DNA of 64,000 nucleotides from Symsagittifera roscoffensis (Eukaryota): NCBI RefSeq assembly GCF_963678635.1, contig NC_087064.1, positions 46,113,437 to 46,177,436 of the forward strand, read 5' to 3'. Shown piece by piece: positions 20,072 to 29,615 of this stretch (position 1 is its first letter; each line of letters starts with the position of its first letter). The notes under the pieces were generated by a model. It saw only the letters and a program-made list of their open reading frames with translations, ran no database searches and was not told where the DNA came from. The position numbers and the translations under genes were made by a program.

Positions 20072-23000
20072 CTATTGAAACAGACCCAACTCGCAGGCAA
20101 ACCCTGTCTTGTCCCTGTCCTGCTTCCTTAGTGGTACTTGCCAAAAGGCCGAGCCTAAATCAAGAGTCGTAAAAAATTTTGCATCACCTAACTTCGAGAG
20201 GCTCTCATCAATCCTAGGTATGGGATAGGCATCCTTCACCGTGACGGAGTTCAGGTATCGAAAGTCACAACAAAACCTCAACTGGTCGCCTTTCTTTTTG
20301 GCCATTACTACTCCACACGCCCACGGTGACTTGGATGGTTCTATCATGTCATACTCTAGTAACGTCTCGATCTCTTTTCTACACGCGTCCGATTTGTGTG
20401 GGGTTATGCGCCTCGCCCCCTCCCTGTGTGGTACCGCGTTTTCCTCAAGTTCTATTTCATGCTCAACGAAATTACAACACCCGATATCCGCCTTATGCCT
20501 CGAAAAAACTTCCTCGTTCCGCTCTAGTAAGTCCTTGATGGCTTCGAGCTGTTCATCTTTCAGTTTGCCCCTCAAATGTTCAATCTCCGGCAGGACCGGT
20601 TTTTCATTTTGCATTTCATCTAGTGTGGGTCGCTCTGGAAAGTTCGAACAGCTCGAAAGACCATCATCCGTTTCTGACTTAAGTGATTTAATAAGACCTG
20701 AAGAATCTTTTATTTTCTGCAATCGTCTCAAGATACAAATTTTGTCCCTGTGATTGGGGCAATCAACAACTTCATTTTGTTTTGAATTCTCAATTGTTTC
20801 ATATCGAGTTTTAACCGGTAAAGCATATCCCAGTTTCCTCCCTCTTTGTATCGTGATCGGTATATCAAGGGTATTCAACAAGACACTGACGCAGAGGCCG
20901 CTCTTCGTTATCGAAAATGATCTTCCTAAAACAGCAGCACTTTGACTATTAGGATTCGGAACTATGCACGCTTGCTTGTTGTCACTTAGTTCATTGTAAT
21001 TTTTCATCCTCAAACTTACGATTGCCGCTTCATTAGCTTTTAGCCTCACCCTCCTACTCAAGAATACCGGTGCTTTGTTTTCATTTGCCATTATTAAATT
21101 TACCGGTTTGATTGCGTACCTCCTATCCGGGTTCCGTATCCTGAACATTGCGTTATTTAAATCAATCGTTACGTCGAAATTCCTGATGAAGTCTCTGCCC
21201 AAAATGAATTGGTCAGATTCATCTAGGTTTTCTACCACGATAAAGCTCATCCACAGGTTACGTTCCCCCAAATTGAGGGCTATTATCGGCGTCCTGCCCA
21301 GCACCCGTAGGGCCCCTTTGTTTGCAGCTGACAGCCGTATTCTCGAGTCTATCAAGTCACCTTTGTCAAAGCCCATCTTCTCCCAAGTTTCGATTGGTAT
21401 AACGCTCAAGACTGCTCCCGTGTCAAGCAACCCACGCAACTGAGTCTTTTTGCCACTTATATCCAGCACGTGCCCTGTCACATCTGCCTCCGTCCCGATG
21501 TGCATTGCATCTTCCTCAAGCATGGCGCAGTGTCCAATCGATCTCACTTTCAATTCTTCTTTCCCTACGTAGATTTGTCCAATCAGGTCTTCGTCACATG
21601 TTATCATCGTCTTGGTATAGATGTTAATCCCATCTATATTTAGCATCACCTCGTGTGGACCGTAAGCTTCAGTATATCTGCTATCAACACGTACCGACTT
21701 GCTGCCCCCTCTCATGAGTAGTGCTCTCAGTGCTCTGGAAGTCGTTTGTGGGCTTATACCACTCAAATAGTCTGCATACACGTCAATGTGCATTATTGTC
21801 TGGTCGCTCGGCTCGCTCAAGTTTCTGGTTACCTCGTGGCCGCCCACTGTGATTATCGACATTATCCTTGCGCCGATTTTCGATATGCCAAAAGGCTTAC
21901 CTGTCACCATTTTCACAGTATTGCAATTCCCGGTCTTTGTTGAGCCCGGTACAGCCTCTGGTATTTGTTTTGATCCGGTTAATGCTTCGTTAAAATTCTG
22001 TCTTTCTATCTCCAGCTTTAGTCGTTGCTCTATTTCTTTCGCAGCCAGATCCTGTTTCACTTTGGCAATTGCTTCCGTGGCCGCTTTCTCATAATTTATC
22101 TCTAGAGAGTTCCCTGCCGCGGATTCTATGGCATCATTAACATGTGATACAGCTTTCACTGTCTTCGTCGGCAATTCCGTGCTTGGTGCTCCTAAGTTCC
22201 TCGATTCAAATTCGTTTTGCCTGTTCCGCTGATTCTGCACCGCCGCTAATGCCAACTTATGTTTAGGGTGACTCTGGTCCTTGACCGCTTCCCAGAACAA
22301 GGGACAATCCATTCGGAAGTGCCCCTCCTGGTTACAGAAGAAGCATCTTGCGCCTATCTTGATGATTAAGCCACTATAGTACTCGTGTTCCTCCATCTGG
22401 CTCATGTCCTCCTCATCTGGTGCATATCCTAGACTCTTCATGCCTTGTTTGTATGTTGTGCAGTCAGCCACGTGGTGATCCGCCGACCCGCAGTTCGCGC
22501 ATGATCTGCGCTTGTCCATGTCATCTCTAGGTTTGTACCATGACGACCTCTGCGGTTGACTTCCCCCTTGCGTGTTCCTGTTTTCTGAATACGAGTATTT
22601 CTTGAGTTTCATCAGCATGTATTCCCTTGATTTCTGTCTCATTTCTTCTGGGGTTGGTGCGCTGTCTTTCGACAATGTGTAGTATGTTGCTAACATTGTC
22701 CTTAAGTCGTCACTTTTTACCCCATCAATGAACTTCGAGGCAATGCTAAAGTTTCTTCTGTTTGTCGACTCCTCTGGGTCACTCCTTCTTCTCAAGCTCT
22801 CGAGATCATCTAGGAACCGATCTATTGACTCCTCGTCCCTCTGCCTTCTCTTTTCAAATCGCATCATCGCTTGGTGACCCTTCATGCCTGACCCGAATCG
22901 ATTCAGCAATATCTCGAAGATCTTGTCCGCGGTATCGCGTTCTTCTTCTTTCTTCGCAACCACGCATTTTAATGCTGTGCCTTCTAAATTGCTGAGTATG

Positions 23001-23521
23001 GCTGTGCATGCTTGTCTTTCATCGTTCAAGTTGTCTTGCTCTAGATGTAATCTCATCACTTCCACCCACGTGTCAATGCATCCATCTGAGTCGTCTTTGA
23101 ATTCTTTTGGCTTCTTGAATGTTTTTCTTGATTTCCCATCTCTCCTATCGCTCGAGTTAGTGTTCCTCGTGGCGAAGGCCTCTAGAGTCCTGTTCATCAT
23201 CTCCCAAGTGTTTGCCCATGTCATAGCATCCGGACCTGCGTTGCTGTTAGCTGTTGAGTCCCCCGGACCAGTCGTTGTACTTGACATTCCATTCTTCATG
23301 ATTGTTTTAGCAGCTGTTGGTGCTATGCTCACCGTATCCCGGGTTAAGGGCAACGGTGTCGATTGCCGTTTGTTCCTTTGTGGTTCCACAAAGTCAACTC
23401 TGGTGCCTTGCGTGCGATCCGCTGCCGGTCTTTCTTGTGAGGTAGAATTACTCAAGATTGCATCCAATTTCGCCTGTATTGCACACGAACTCTCGGCCTG
23501 ATTTTTGCTCATTGTGTCCAT
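20072..23521 (-). CDS. gag (capsid and nucleocapsid with two CCHC knuckles) plus protease (LLDTGAVLSVIP) plus RT N-terminal part of copy 1
   Basis: CANCGSADHHVADC and CFFCNQEGHFRMDC zinc knuckles; DTG aspartic protease; RT motifs PIPRIDESL, FTTLDLGSAFWQVP. Confidence 0.85.
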   Translation of the reverse strand: MDTMSKNQAESSCAIQAKLDAILSNSTSQERPAADRTQGTRVDFVEPQRNKRQSTPLPLTRDTVSIAPTAAKTIMKNGMSSTTTGPGDSTANSNAGPDAMTWANTWEMMNRTLEAFATRNTNSSDRRDGKSRKTFKKPKEFKDDSDGCIDTWVEVMRLHLEQDNLNDERQACTAILSNLEGTALKCVVAKKEEERDTADKIFEILLNRFGSGMKGHQAMMRFEKRRQRDEESIDRFLDDLESLRRRSDPEESTNRRNFSIASKFIDGVKSDDLRTMLATYYTLSKDSAPTPEEMRQKSREYMLMKLKKYSYSENRNTQGGSQPQRSSWYKPRDDMDKRRSCANCGSADHHVADCTTYKQGMKSLGYAPDEEDMSQMEEHEYYSGLIIKIGARCFFCNQEGHFRMDCPLFWEAVKDQSHPKHKLALAAVQNQRNRQNEFESRNLGAPSTELPTKTVKAVSHVNDAIESAAGNSLEINYEKAATEAIAKVKQDLAAKEIEQRLKLEIERQNFNEALTGSKQIPEAVPGSTKTGNCNTVKMVTGKPFGISKIGARIMSIITVGGHEVTRNLSEPSDQTIMHIDVYADYLSGISPQTTSRALRALLMRGGSKSVRVDSRYTEAYGPHEVMLNIDGINIYTKTMITCDEDLIGQIYVGKEELKVRSIGHCAMLEEDAMHIGTEADVTGHVLDISGKKTQLRGLLDTGAVLSVIPIETWEKMGFDKGDLIDSRIRLSAANKGALRVLGRTPIIALNLGERNLWMSFIVVENLDESDQFILGRDFIRNFDVTIDLNNAMFRIRNPDRRYAIKPVNLIMANENKAPVFLSRRVRLKANEAAIVSLRMKNYNELSDNKQACIVPNPNSQSAAVLGRSFSITKSGLCVSVLLNTLDIPITIQRGRKLGYALPVKTRYETIENSKQNEVVDCPNHRDKICILRRLQKIKDSSGLIKSLKSETDDGLSSCSNFPERPTLDEMQNEKPVLPEIEHLRGKLKDEQLEAIKDLLERNEEVFSRHKADIGCCNFVEHEIELEENAVPHREGARRITPHKSDACRKEIETLLEYDMIEPSKSPWACGVVMAKKKGDQLRFCCDFRYLNSVTVKDAYPIPRIDESLSKLGDAKFFTTLDLGSAFWQVPLRKQDRDKTGFACELGLFQ

Positions 23522-23571
23522 TCTCTTTTCCAGGCTACCTAATTGGCTGTTGACATCATCATATCGGTTTT

Positions 23572-24363
23572 TTAACTGTTCTTATCTCGTTCTTCATTGG
23601 TGGTTTCTACATTATCTGACATCTCCTTGAGTCTCTCTTCTGTTGCCTTGGCCAGGTTAAAATAACTATCCAGATACTCGTTTTTGTTGTATCTTAATTC
23701 TTTTCTTATCACTTCTCTGTCCTCTTCGCTGTGCTTCAGCTTTTTGTCGATCTGATTCAGTTTCGCCATCAAGTCACCTAGCTCAAGAGTAGCCTCTTCA
23801 TGGTCAGCCGTCGGTCTTTCTTCGGCCGTCGCTTCTGCTCTAGTTTGCTCCTCTCTCGGATTGGCTTCTGTCTTCTTCGTGCTCACTGTTCCAAATGTTC
23901 GTGCTCTTTCAGCTTTTGGTTCTTCAGTCACGTTCTCTTTCGTTTTTATTCCGACCATCATCGCCAACCTTTCTGTAAAAGATGTCTTTTTTACTTGAGA
24001 GTCTTCTTTCACCGTTTCTTCGGTGTTGCCTATTGCATCTTCCACGTTGTCTATTGGTGAGAATTCTATGGGTTTCGAGTTTGGTTCTTCTGCATTGGGC
24101 ATTGGAGTTGACTCCGTCGCTATTTTCCTTGTTTCATCAACACTTTGATCAGGTGTCTCTAGATCAATCTCGATGGTGGGTTCTACTCGTTCCCCTTCCA
24201 TGCCCTCTCTTGCTCTCTCCGTTGTACTCCTTGTGCTGACCATGTTAACTGAAAAGTTCTTCTTTGTTATCTTTGGGCCCATTGATGTTGTTTTGCGTAG
24301 CGACGAATTATACTTTGCTTCGGTAGGTCTTTTTTCAGCTACCGGTACCCTGCTCCGCCTCAT
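23572..24363 (-). CDS. gag N-terminal segment of copy 1 (acidic, low complexity)
   Basis: First ORF after the 2.26-kb leader. It is out of frame (-1) with the downstream 1149-codon ORF across about 50 nt, with no obvious slippery heptamer. Confidence 0.55.
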   Translation of the reverse strand: MRRSRVPVAEKRPTEAKYNSSLRKTTSMGPKITKKNFSVNMVSTRSTTERAREGMEGERVEPTIEIDLETPDQSVDETRKIATESTPMPNAEEPNSKPIEFSPIDNVEDAIGNTEETVKEDSQVKKTSFTERLAMMVGIKTKENVTEEPKAERARTFGTVSTKKTEANPREEQTRAEATAEERPTADHEEATLELGDLMAKLNQIDKKLKHSEEDREVIRKELRYNKNEYLDSYFNLAKATEERLKEMSDNVETTNEERDKNS

Positions 24364-24619
24364 TATTTCTATTTACAATTGCTCTTATTTACAATTTTAC
24401 TATATACACAATCCTATTCTAAAAATAAAATCTTTCGAGAAAAAAAAAATTCTTAAAAAAAAATATACAACGTGGTGAAAACCTTGTTTCAGTTCTCTTT
24501 ATTAACTTTTCGAGAAACTTTCCTTATTTGTGGTCCCAACCGTACCTGGTTCCAATTAGTCTTGTTCTATCTTAATTCTGTCTTAAAACACTTCTTGTAA
24601 TTTTACTTCAATTTTTATA

Positions 24620-25100
24620 CTGTCCCAAGACTTCCAATTGCCGTCCATACTCTTCTTTGTACCGTCCCAGGCTTCTTTCTCCTGTCCCAAGACTGTTCGG
24701 TACCGTCCCAGTACTTTCCGGCAGTGTCCCAAGACTCTTGTCCAAGACTACTGTCCCAAGGCTAGTGTCCCAAGACTACTGTCCCAAGACTAGTGTCCCA
24801 AGACTAGTGTCCCAAGACTAGTGTCCCAAGACTACTGTCCCAAGACCCTTGTCCCAAGACTCCTGTCCCAAGACCCTGTCCCAAGACCCTGTCCCAAGAC
24901 CCTGTCCCAAGACCCTTGTCCCAAGACCTTGTCCCAAGACCTTGTCCCAAGACCCTGTCCCAAGACCTTGTCCCAAGACCTTGTCCCAAGACCCTGTCCC
25001 AAGACTCTGTCCCAAGACCACTGTCCCAAGACTGTACTGTCCCAAGACTGTCCCCAGACTGCTCTGTCCTAAGACTTCTTCGGCACTGTCCCAAGACTGT
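24620..25100. repeat. Minisatellite, about 30 tandem copies of an 11-13-bp unit (consensus about CTGTCCCAAGAC), inside the copy 1 leader
   Basis: Visible as tgtcccaagac with variable 1-3 nt linkers; it produces the SQDxVPRPCPKTL repeat peptides in the ORF track. Confidence 0.9.
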
Positions 25101-25968
25101 TGACAAGTGTCTGGGTGGTGGGACTTCTTTCCTCTTCGTTATGGGGACTTCTTGATTCGCCGTACCTTGTACCACCACTCAAGCTCTAGTAAAATTTTCC
25201 CAAAATCCTCTCTTAAAAGCCAAATGCTGACCCCCCTTTTTCTTATTTCTCTTTTTGGCTACCTCTATTTCAATGTTCCAAGTAACTTGAGACCAAAACC
25301 TGTGCGCAGAACTTGTGATCACCTGTTCGTACAAAATTTTAACACAAATCCTCACCAAAATGCAACAAAAATCTAAGCAAGAAAAAGTAATAAAAACAGA
25401 AAGATGAGCCCACCTAAAATTTAAAGGTGACAAATGTCTACCTCCTATCTAAAAAAATGTCTGGTACCTAATTGTCACGCGTTTCCTTCCCCCCTGCTAG
25501 CGATCTTATGGGATATTACAAAAACTGTCTATGTCCCTTCCCCCCTACCTATCCGACCAGGGTACCTTCCTTAACTCGGGTTCAAATTTCGATATCCACC
25601 TAATATTACCAACGCGTGTTAATGTCTAATGTAAATAAGTCAACGATGTCGACTAGTTAGTTACTCTAATTTCCCCCTTTTTACAATTTACAACCGCCAA
25701 CCTCTAACTTAACCAGCCCCCCTTCTAACCTCCCCCTTTTTTAGCCCCCCTTCTTAAGCCTAAAATTACCTTAAGCTCCGGGTGCTAAACCTCTCAAGAG
25801 AAAACCGTAGACCTGTCTCCAGACCTGCTCAAGTAAAAACGTTCCTCAAAACCGGGGGATGTCGCTTATCCTATTTTACACTTATCTCCTATAATGTAAT
25901 GTGGATTTTAACGATACCCGTTCTGCCCAACTTGAGAACTCGAGAATTGCCAAATCCTTCTTGGCTGC

Positions 25969-26160
25969 TTTCCCACTCGACTGGTCACCTGTTCCAGTCC
26001 AGTCTCCTATTGGTTCAGCTCAAGTGCTCCTGAACCACTTTCCCACTCGGCTGGTCACCTCTTCCAGTCAAGTCTCCTATTGGTTCAGCTCAAGTGCTCC
26101 TGAACCACTTTCCCACTCGGCTGGTCACCTCTTCCAGTCAAGTCTCCTTGTTGTCCAGCT
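25969..26160. repeat. About 70-bp tandem repeat x2.7 in the copy 1 leader
   Basis: tttcccactcgNctggtcacctNttccagtcNagtctcctattggttcagctcaagtgctcctgaaccac repeated. Confidence 0.85.
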
Positions 26161-26597
26161 AAGTTCCAAGCTATCTAAAAACCCTTGACAACGCCCCACA
26201 CTCGGGCTCTTTATTGAGGTTACTGGGTTAAATTGCTAGATTGATCGAAACGATCGAACTTGTAAAACAGTATGGGTATACTATTTAATTAATATAAAGG
26301 TTTGATCCAACTAATCTGGTGTCAAAGTCACTGTCTTTTTTCGTTTTATGGTTTTTGTTTCGCTTTTTGTCTTTTTGCTCGTGTTTTTGTCCCCCTAGTT
26401 TCCCTCTTTACTCGGTTAGCTAAGCCTCGTTCGGAGAGCGTACCAGGAAGTTTTCTTGAGTTTTCTTAAAAAGCTATCACGGTACAACCGGAAGGTTTGC
26501 ACATTCCTGTCGAACCGTACCGCCGGTACTCTAGAATGGGCATTCAGCCCGAAGCTGTCTCAAGTGGGTTCGACTCCGTAGTCTTGATGTCGTAAAC

Positions 26598-26611
26598 ACC
26601 CAGGAGCGCCA
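26598..26611 (-). promoter_or_regulatory. Primer-binding-site candidate of copy 1 (minus-strand TGGCGCTCCTGGGT, 11 nt internal to the 5' LTR)
   Basis: Begins TGG as expected for a site complementary to a tRNA ...CCA 3' end. The same motif occurs at the equivalent place in copy 2 (38621-38634) and copy 3 (46246-46260). Confidence 0.5.
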
Positions 26612-26622
26612 TAAAAACACTA

Positions 26623-27506
26623 TGTAACATTCGTCTACTGCAGTCACACATGAGGCTTAAGAAAAATAGGCCCTATAACCACTGGCTCAAGGGTCAGGGA
26701 CACCATCTCTTGTGTTTTTCTACCTCAAGAACGGTCGGAGCCAGTTCGGTTCGTTTGTGACATGAGACTACGACCCGTTACAGCTTAAAGGCTACTACTA
26801 AAATATCCCCCCACTCTAGAATTAGAAACGTCCCCATACTTAGGTCTCTAGATACCCAAAATACATGAACGCCGTTAAAAACCGGGTTGGAACAATCCGT
26901 TAAGTTACTTTTTATTAGACAGTGTAACTTTGATCCATTTCAGATGGATCAACCTAAAACTCGCCTTACCTCAACATAACAGTTATAAAACACACTCTAG
27001 AAATTTAAATTAGTACTCACATTGTAGCACACTCAAGAAGGGGAAGTACTTCAGTCGGTAATTAACTCAAGAATTAAATAATGTAACTAAATGAGTTTTA
27101 ATGTTTATCAGTTTCAATAACGAGGACAAGTCTTAACTCTAGGATATAGTTTCTCGTGAACCATTGGGACACTCAAGTTGTCCACCTTTCCGTCGAAGGT
27201 TCACTCTGGTCCAGCTCAAATAATCGTTCTCTCGGGAATACTCTGTCTTCTATTTCAGATGGGACAGCTCTACTCTTGTTCACTATGATGGAAATTGCGA
27301 ATAGCAATTTCCTACCGATTTCTCTTGCAACTTTCCCGCGTTTTTCACTCGAACGTTCTGACTTCTCTTTTCTGATTTTCAGTTATCGCGAGAAAATCGT
27401 GCATGACAGGTTCCATTCGAAATTTAGAAAAATTAAATTTCACTCCAAAATCAAGTGTTTTTTGCTTCTCTCAAGGTCAAACTTCCGAATATGACCGACT
27501 GGCACA
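26623..27506 (-). repeat. Copy 1 5' LTR (884 bp)
   Basis: Direct repeat of 4857-5740. Confidence 0.9.
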
Positions 27507-27509
27507 AAT

Positions 27510-27906
27510 ATTCTTGAGATAACACTCTTATCTCTTATAATTCGTGTCCCGGGAGGGTCCCGTGGTATATTTCTTCCCCCACTGAAGCCTCCTTCTCCAC
27601 AAATATCCGTCGCCAAGGTTCTTATCGTGTGTTATTGCCACGATAAGAGGCTTCGTAATTTTCTGTCTCTGGTACGACTGTTTTTCTCAATATTTGGCGT
27701 CGTTCTTCTTTTTCGTCACATTTTCAGTCAAAAGGGCCGCTTTTTTCTATTTCTAAGAAATGTTCACTCTCCAATCGAAATTTTAAAATTAAAAATTCTA
27801 GAACATTCTGACCCTCCTTCGCAACACTTTTTCGTTCATAAGGCCTTTAGCCGTCCTTTTTTACGTCGCCGGAAGGTTGTGCTGTGTCATCTGGCAGAAT
27901 GGCACA
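27510..27906 (-). repeat. Copy 2 3' LTR, right segment (ends GGCACA at 27901-27906)
   Basis: Near-identical to 39134-39529. Confidence 0.8.
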
Positions 27907-28651
27907 TACTCCCCGGACAAGTCTCCATCAATGTCCCTATTGATCGCATAACACCGGGTTATCATCAAGTAGTTATCCAGTTTTCTGTAATCAATCTTAC
28001 AAATTGCATAAGAAAATGAAATTTATCTACTCCACCTCAACTCACTACGTGTTCACAAATGGCATTGTACTACATCTCACTGCCTTTCAACATTTTCACA
28101 AAATTTGCACCATGAGGAGTGTCCTAGATAAAATTTCTTTTCTGACTAATTACTTCGTCTTGCCATAAAACTTCTTTTCGCTCTTTGTGATTAAAAAGTG
28201 GGACGTGGCACGGCCACGCACCCGTTAAAATTAACTTCACATTACTCACCAAGTATAATCAGTCATTTATGCGGCCCTTTCAATATTAAAACTAAGAAAC
28301 TCTGTGGCTAGGAAAGTTCTTGAGTTACCCACCCTTCCAGAGCGAGTTTACTCAAACTTATCATGTCGCCACACAGTGAAATTGTGTCTTACACAGGTTT
28401 AAAACTTCAGTCGTGAATAAATAGGTAAATATACTCACCTAGGTTCCTCATATACACACATAAATAGCCATAACTAAAATCAACAATTTCAACAATTTTA
28501 ACAATTGCAACATTATAGTTTGGTCTGACCAAACTAGATCAAAACAAAAAGTTTCACAAGTTCAATAATCAAAACTTGGTTGATTTGTTCAAGTTTTTAC
28601 ACACAAAGACAATCAAGTTTTATCTCCTTCTCTTCTCTTCTTTGGTCATCT

Positions 28652-29323
28652 TCATTCCATCACTTCTCCATCTTGATCTTCGCTGTCTTCCAACACTTTC
28701 TCCAGCATGTCCATGGAGTTGCGGGCCGTGCCCCAATTCTCCTGTTCCAACAGCCTCGGTTTGCAGCAAGGTAGCAAGTCCACATTCACCTTCTGCTCCC
28801 GGTTCCTGCAAAAGCTGTTGTGAAGACATAGGCTCACGTTTCGTTCTAGGTCAGCTCTTAAGACCTCTTTCTTCTCCTCTTCAGTAACACAAGGCGCTCC
28901 AGCTACCCGCTTCACCGCTGTGGTGACCGCGTTTCTGTGCGTCAGGAATGCTCGTTTATAGGCTCCTGGTCCTATATCTAGCTGGAAAGATTGATAGGCT
29001 TCCGTGTTCCTTGACATGTGACGCTTCGCGCGTTCATACATCCAAGATGTCATCACTGCACGGAACCAAGGCATCAATCTTTGCCTTGACCATATTCTCT
29101 CAAGGGCTTTAGGTATCCTCAGAACCTTGCAGGTGGTTCTCAAAAGATCCAATTCATGACTCATCTTCACGTTGCTCAGCTGCTCAGGAGTCGGCACGGC
29201 CGTCTCCTGCTGACTTGTGTCCGCGTTAGCCTCCAGCCATCTCACTGCTAGCATGGCGCTAACCACCACGATTGACACTTGTTGATTCTGATCGGGCAAC
29301 CCCGTGGAGTACAACTCCTCCAC
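28652..29323 (-). pseudogene. Copy 2 ORF3 C-terminal remnant (last about 220 aa), joined directly to the SGNH region after an about 6.5-kb internal deletion
   Basis: Aligns to the C-terminus of the copy 1 ORF at 6170-8773 (...RWLEAN..., PWFRAVMTSW..., LHNSFCRNRE...). Confidence 0.7.
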
Positions 29324-29615
29324 GTCCCATACTATTCATGAAATCTGCAGCTATGGTGCCCACCAAAGGATTTGGTGGTATCGTGCACAGGATCACGAGC
29401 TTGGGTCTGTAATTTTCTTTCAATTCGTTCAAGAGACACACCAATAGAGGTTCCCACTTGTTCTCCGGAGTCACGGGGGCTCTCGAGACGTCATTGGTCC
29501 CCAGCATTATTATTAATGTATCCAAATGATCCTCGCTCTGGAATTTTGATGACCTGAGCCACTGAGGCTCCTCCAAAGGACAGAATGGTAGTCTGACCAT
29601 AGACGAAGATCTCAT
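29259..29615 (-). pseudogene. Copy 2 SGNH domain C-terminal part with an intact GxND block (IIMLGTNDVS)
   Basis: Homologous to the copy 1 and copy 3 SGNH regions. Confidence 0.65.

Larger units (their letters stand above)
4857..27506 (-). mobile_element. LTR retrotransposon copy 1: giant (22,650 bp) Ty3/Gypsy-like element with gag, pol and an about 2,950-codon ORF3; the most intact copy
   Basis: 884-bp LTRs at 4857-5740 and 26623-27506 with 4-5 mismatches, TG...CA termini and an AAT duplication judged against an empty paralogous site. All internal ORFs lie on the minus strand in the order leader, gag, PR-RT-RH-IN, spacer, ORF3. Confidence 0.9.

Noticed and set aside
24620-25100. Regularly spaced short repeats that superficially resemble a CRISPR array
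   Set aside because: The units are 11-13 bp with 1-3-nt variable linkers and no spacers. The context is a eukaryotic retrotransposon leader with no cas genes. It is a minisatellite.
27510-27906. The 397-bp segment shared by 27510-27906 and 39134-39529 as a LINE-B 5' UTR fragment
   Set aside because: It ends exactly GGCACA next to the conserved PPT at 27907. Together with 4371-4856 it reconstitutes an 883-bp repeat equal to 38647-39529. It is the LTR of copy 2, not LINE sequence.
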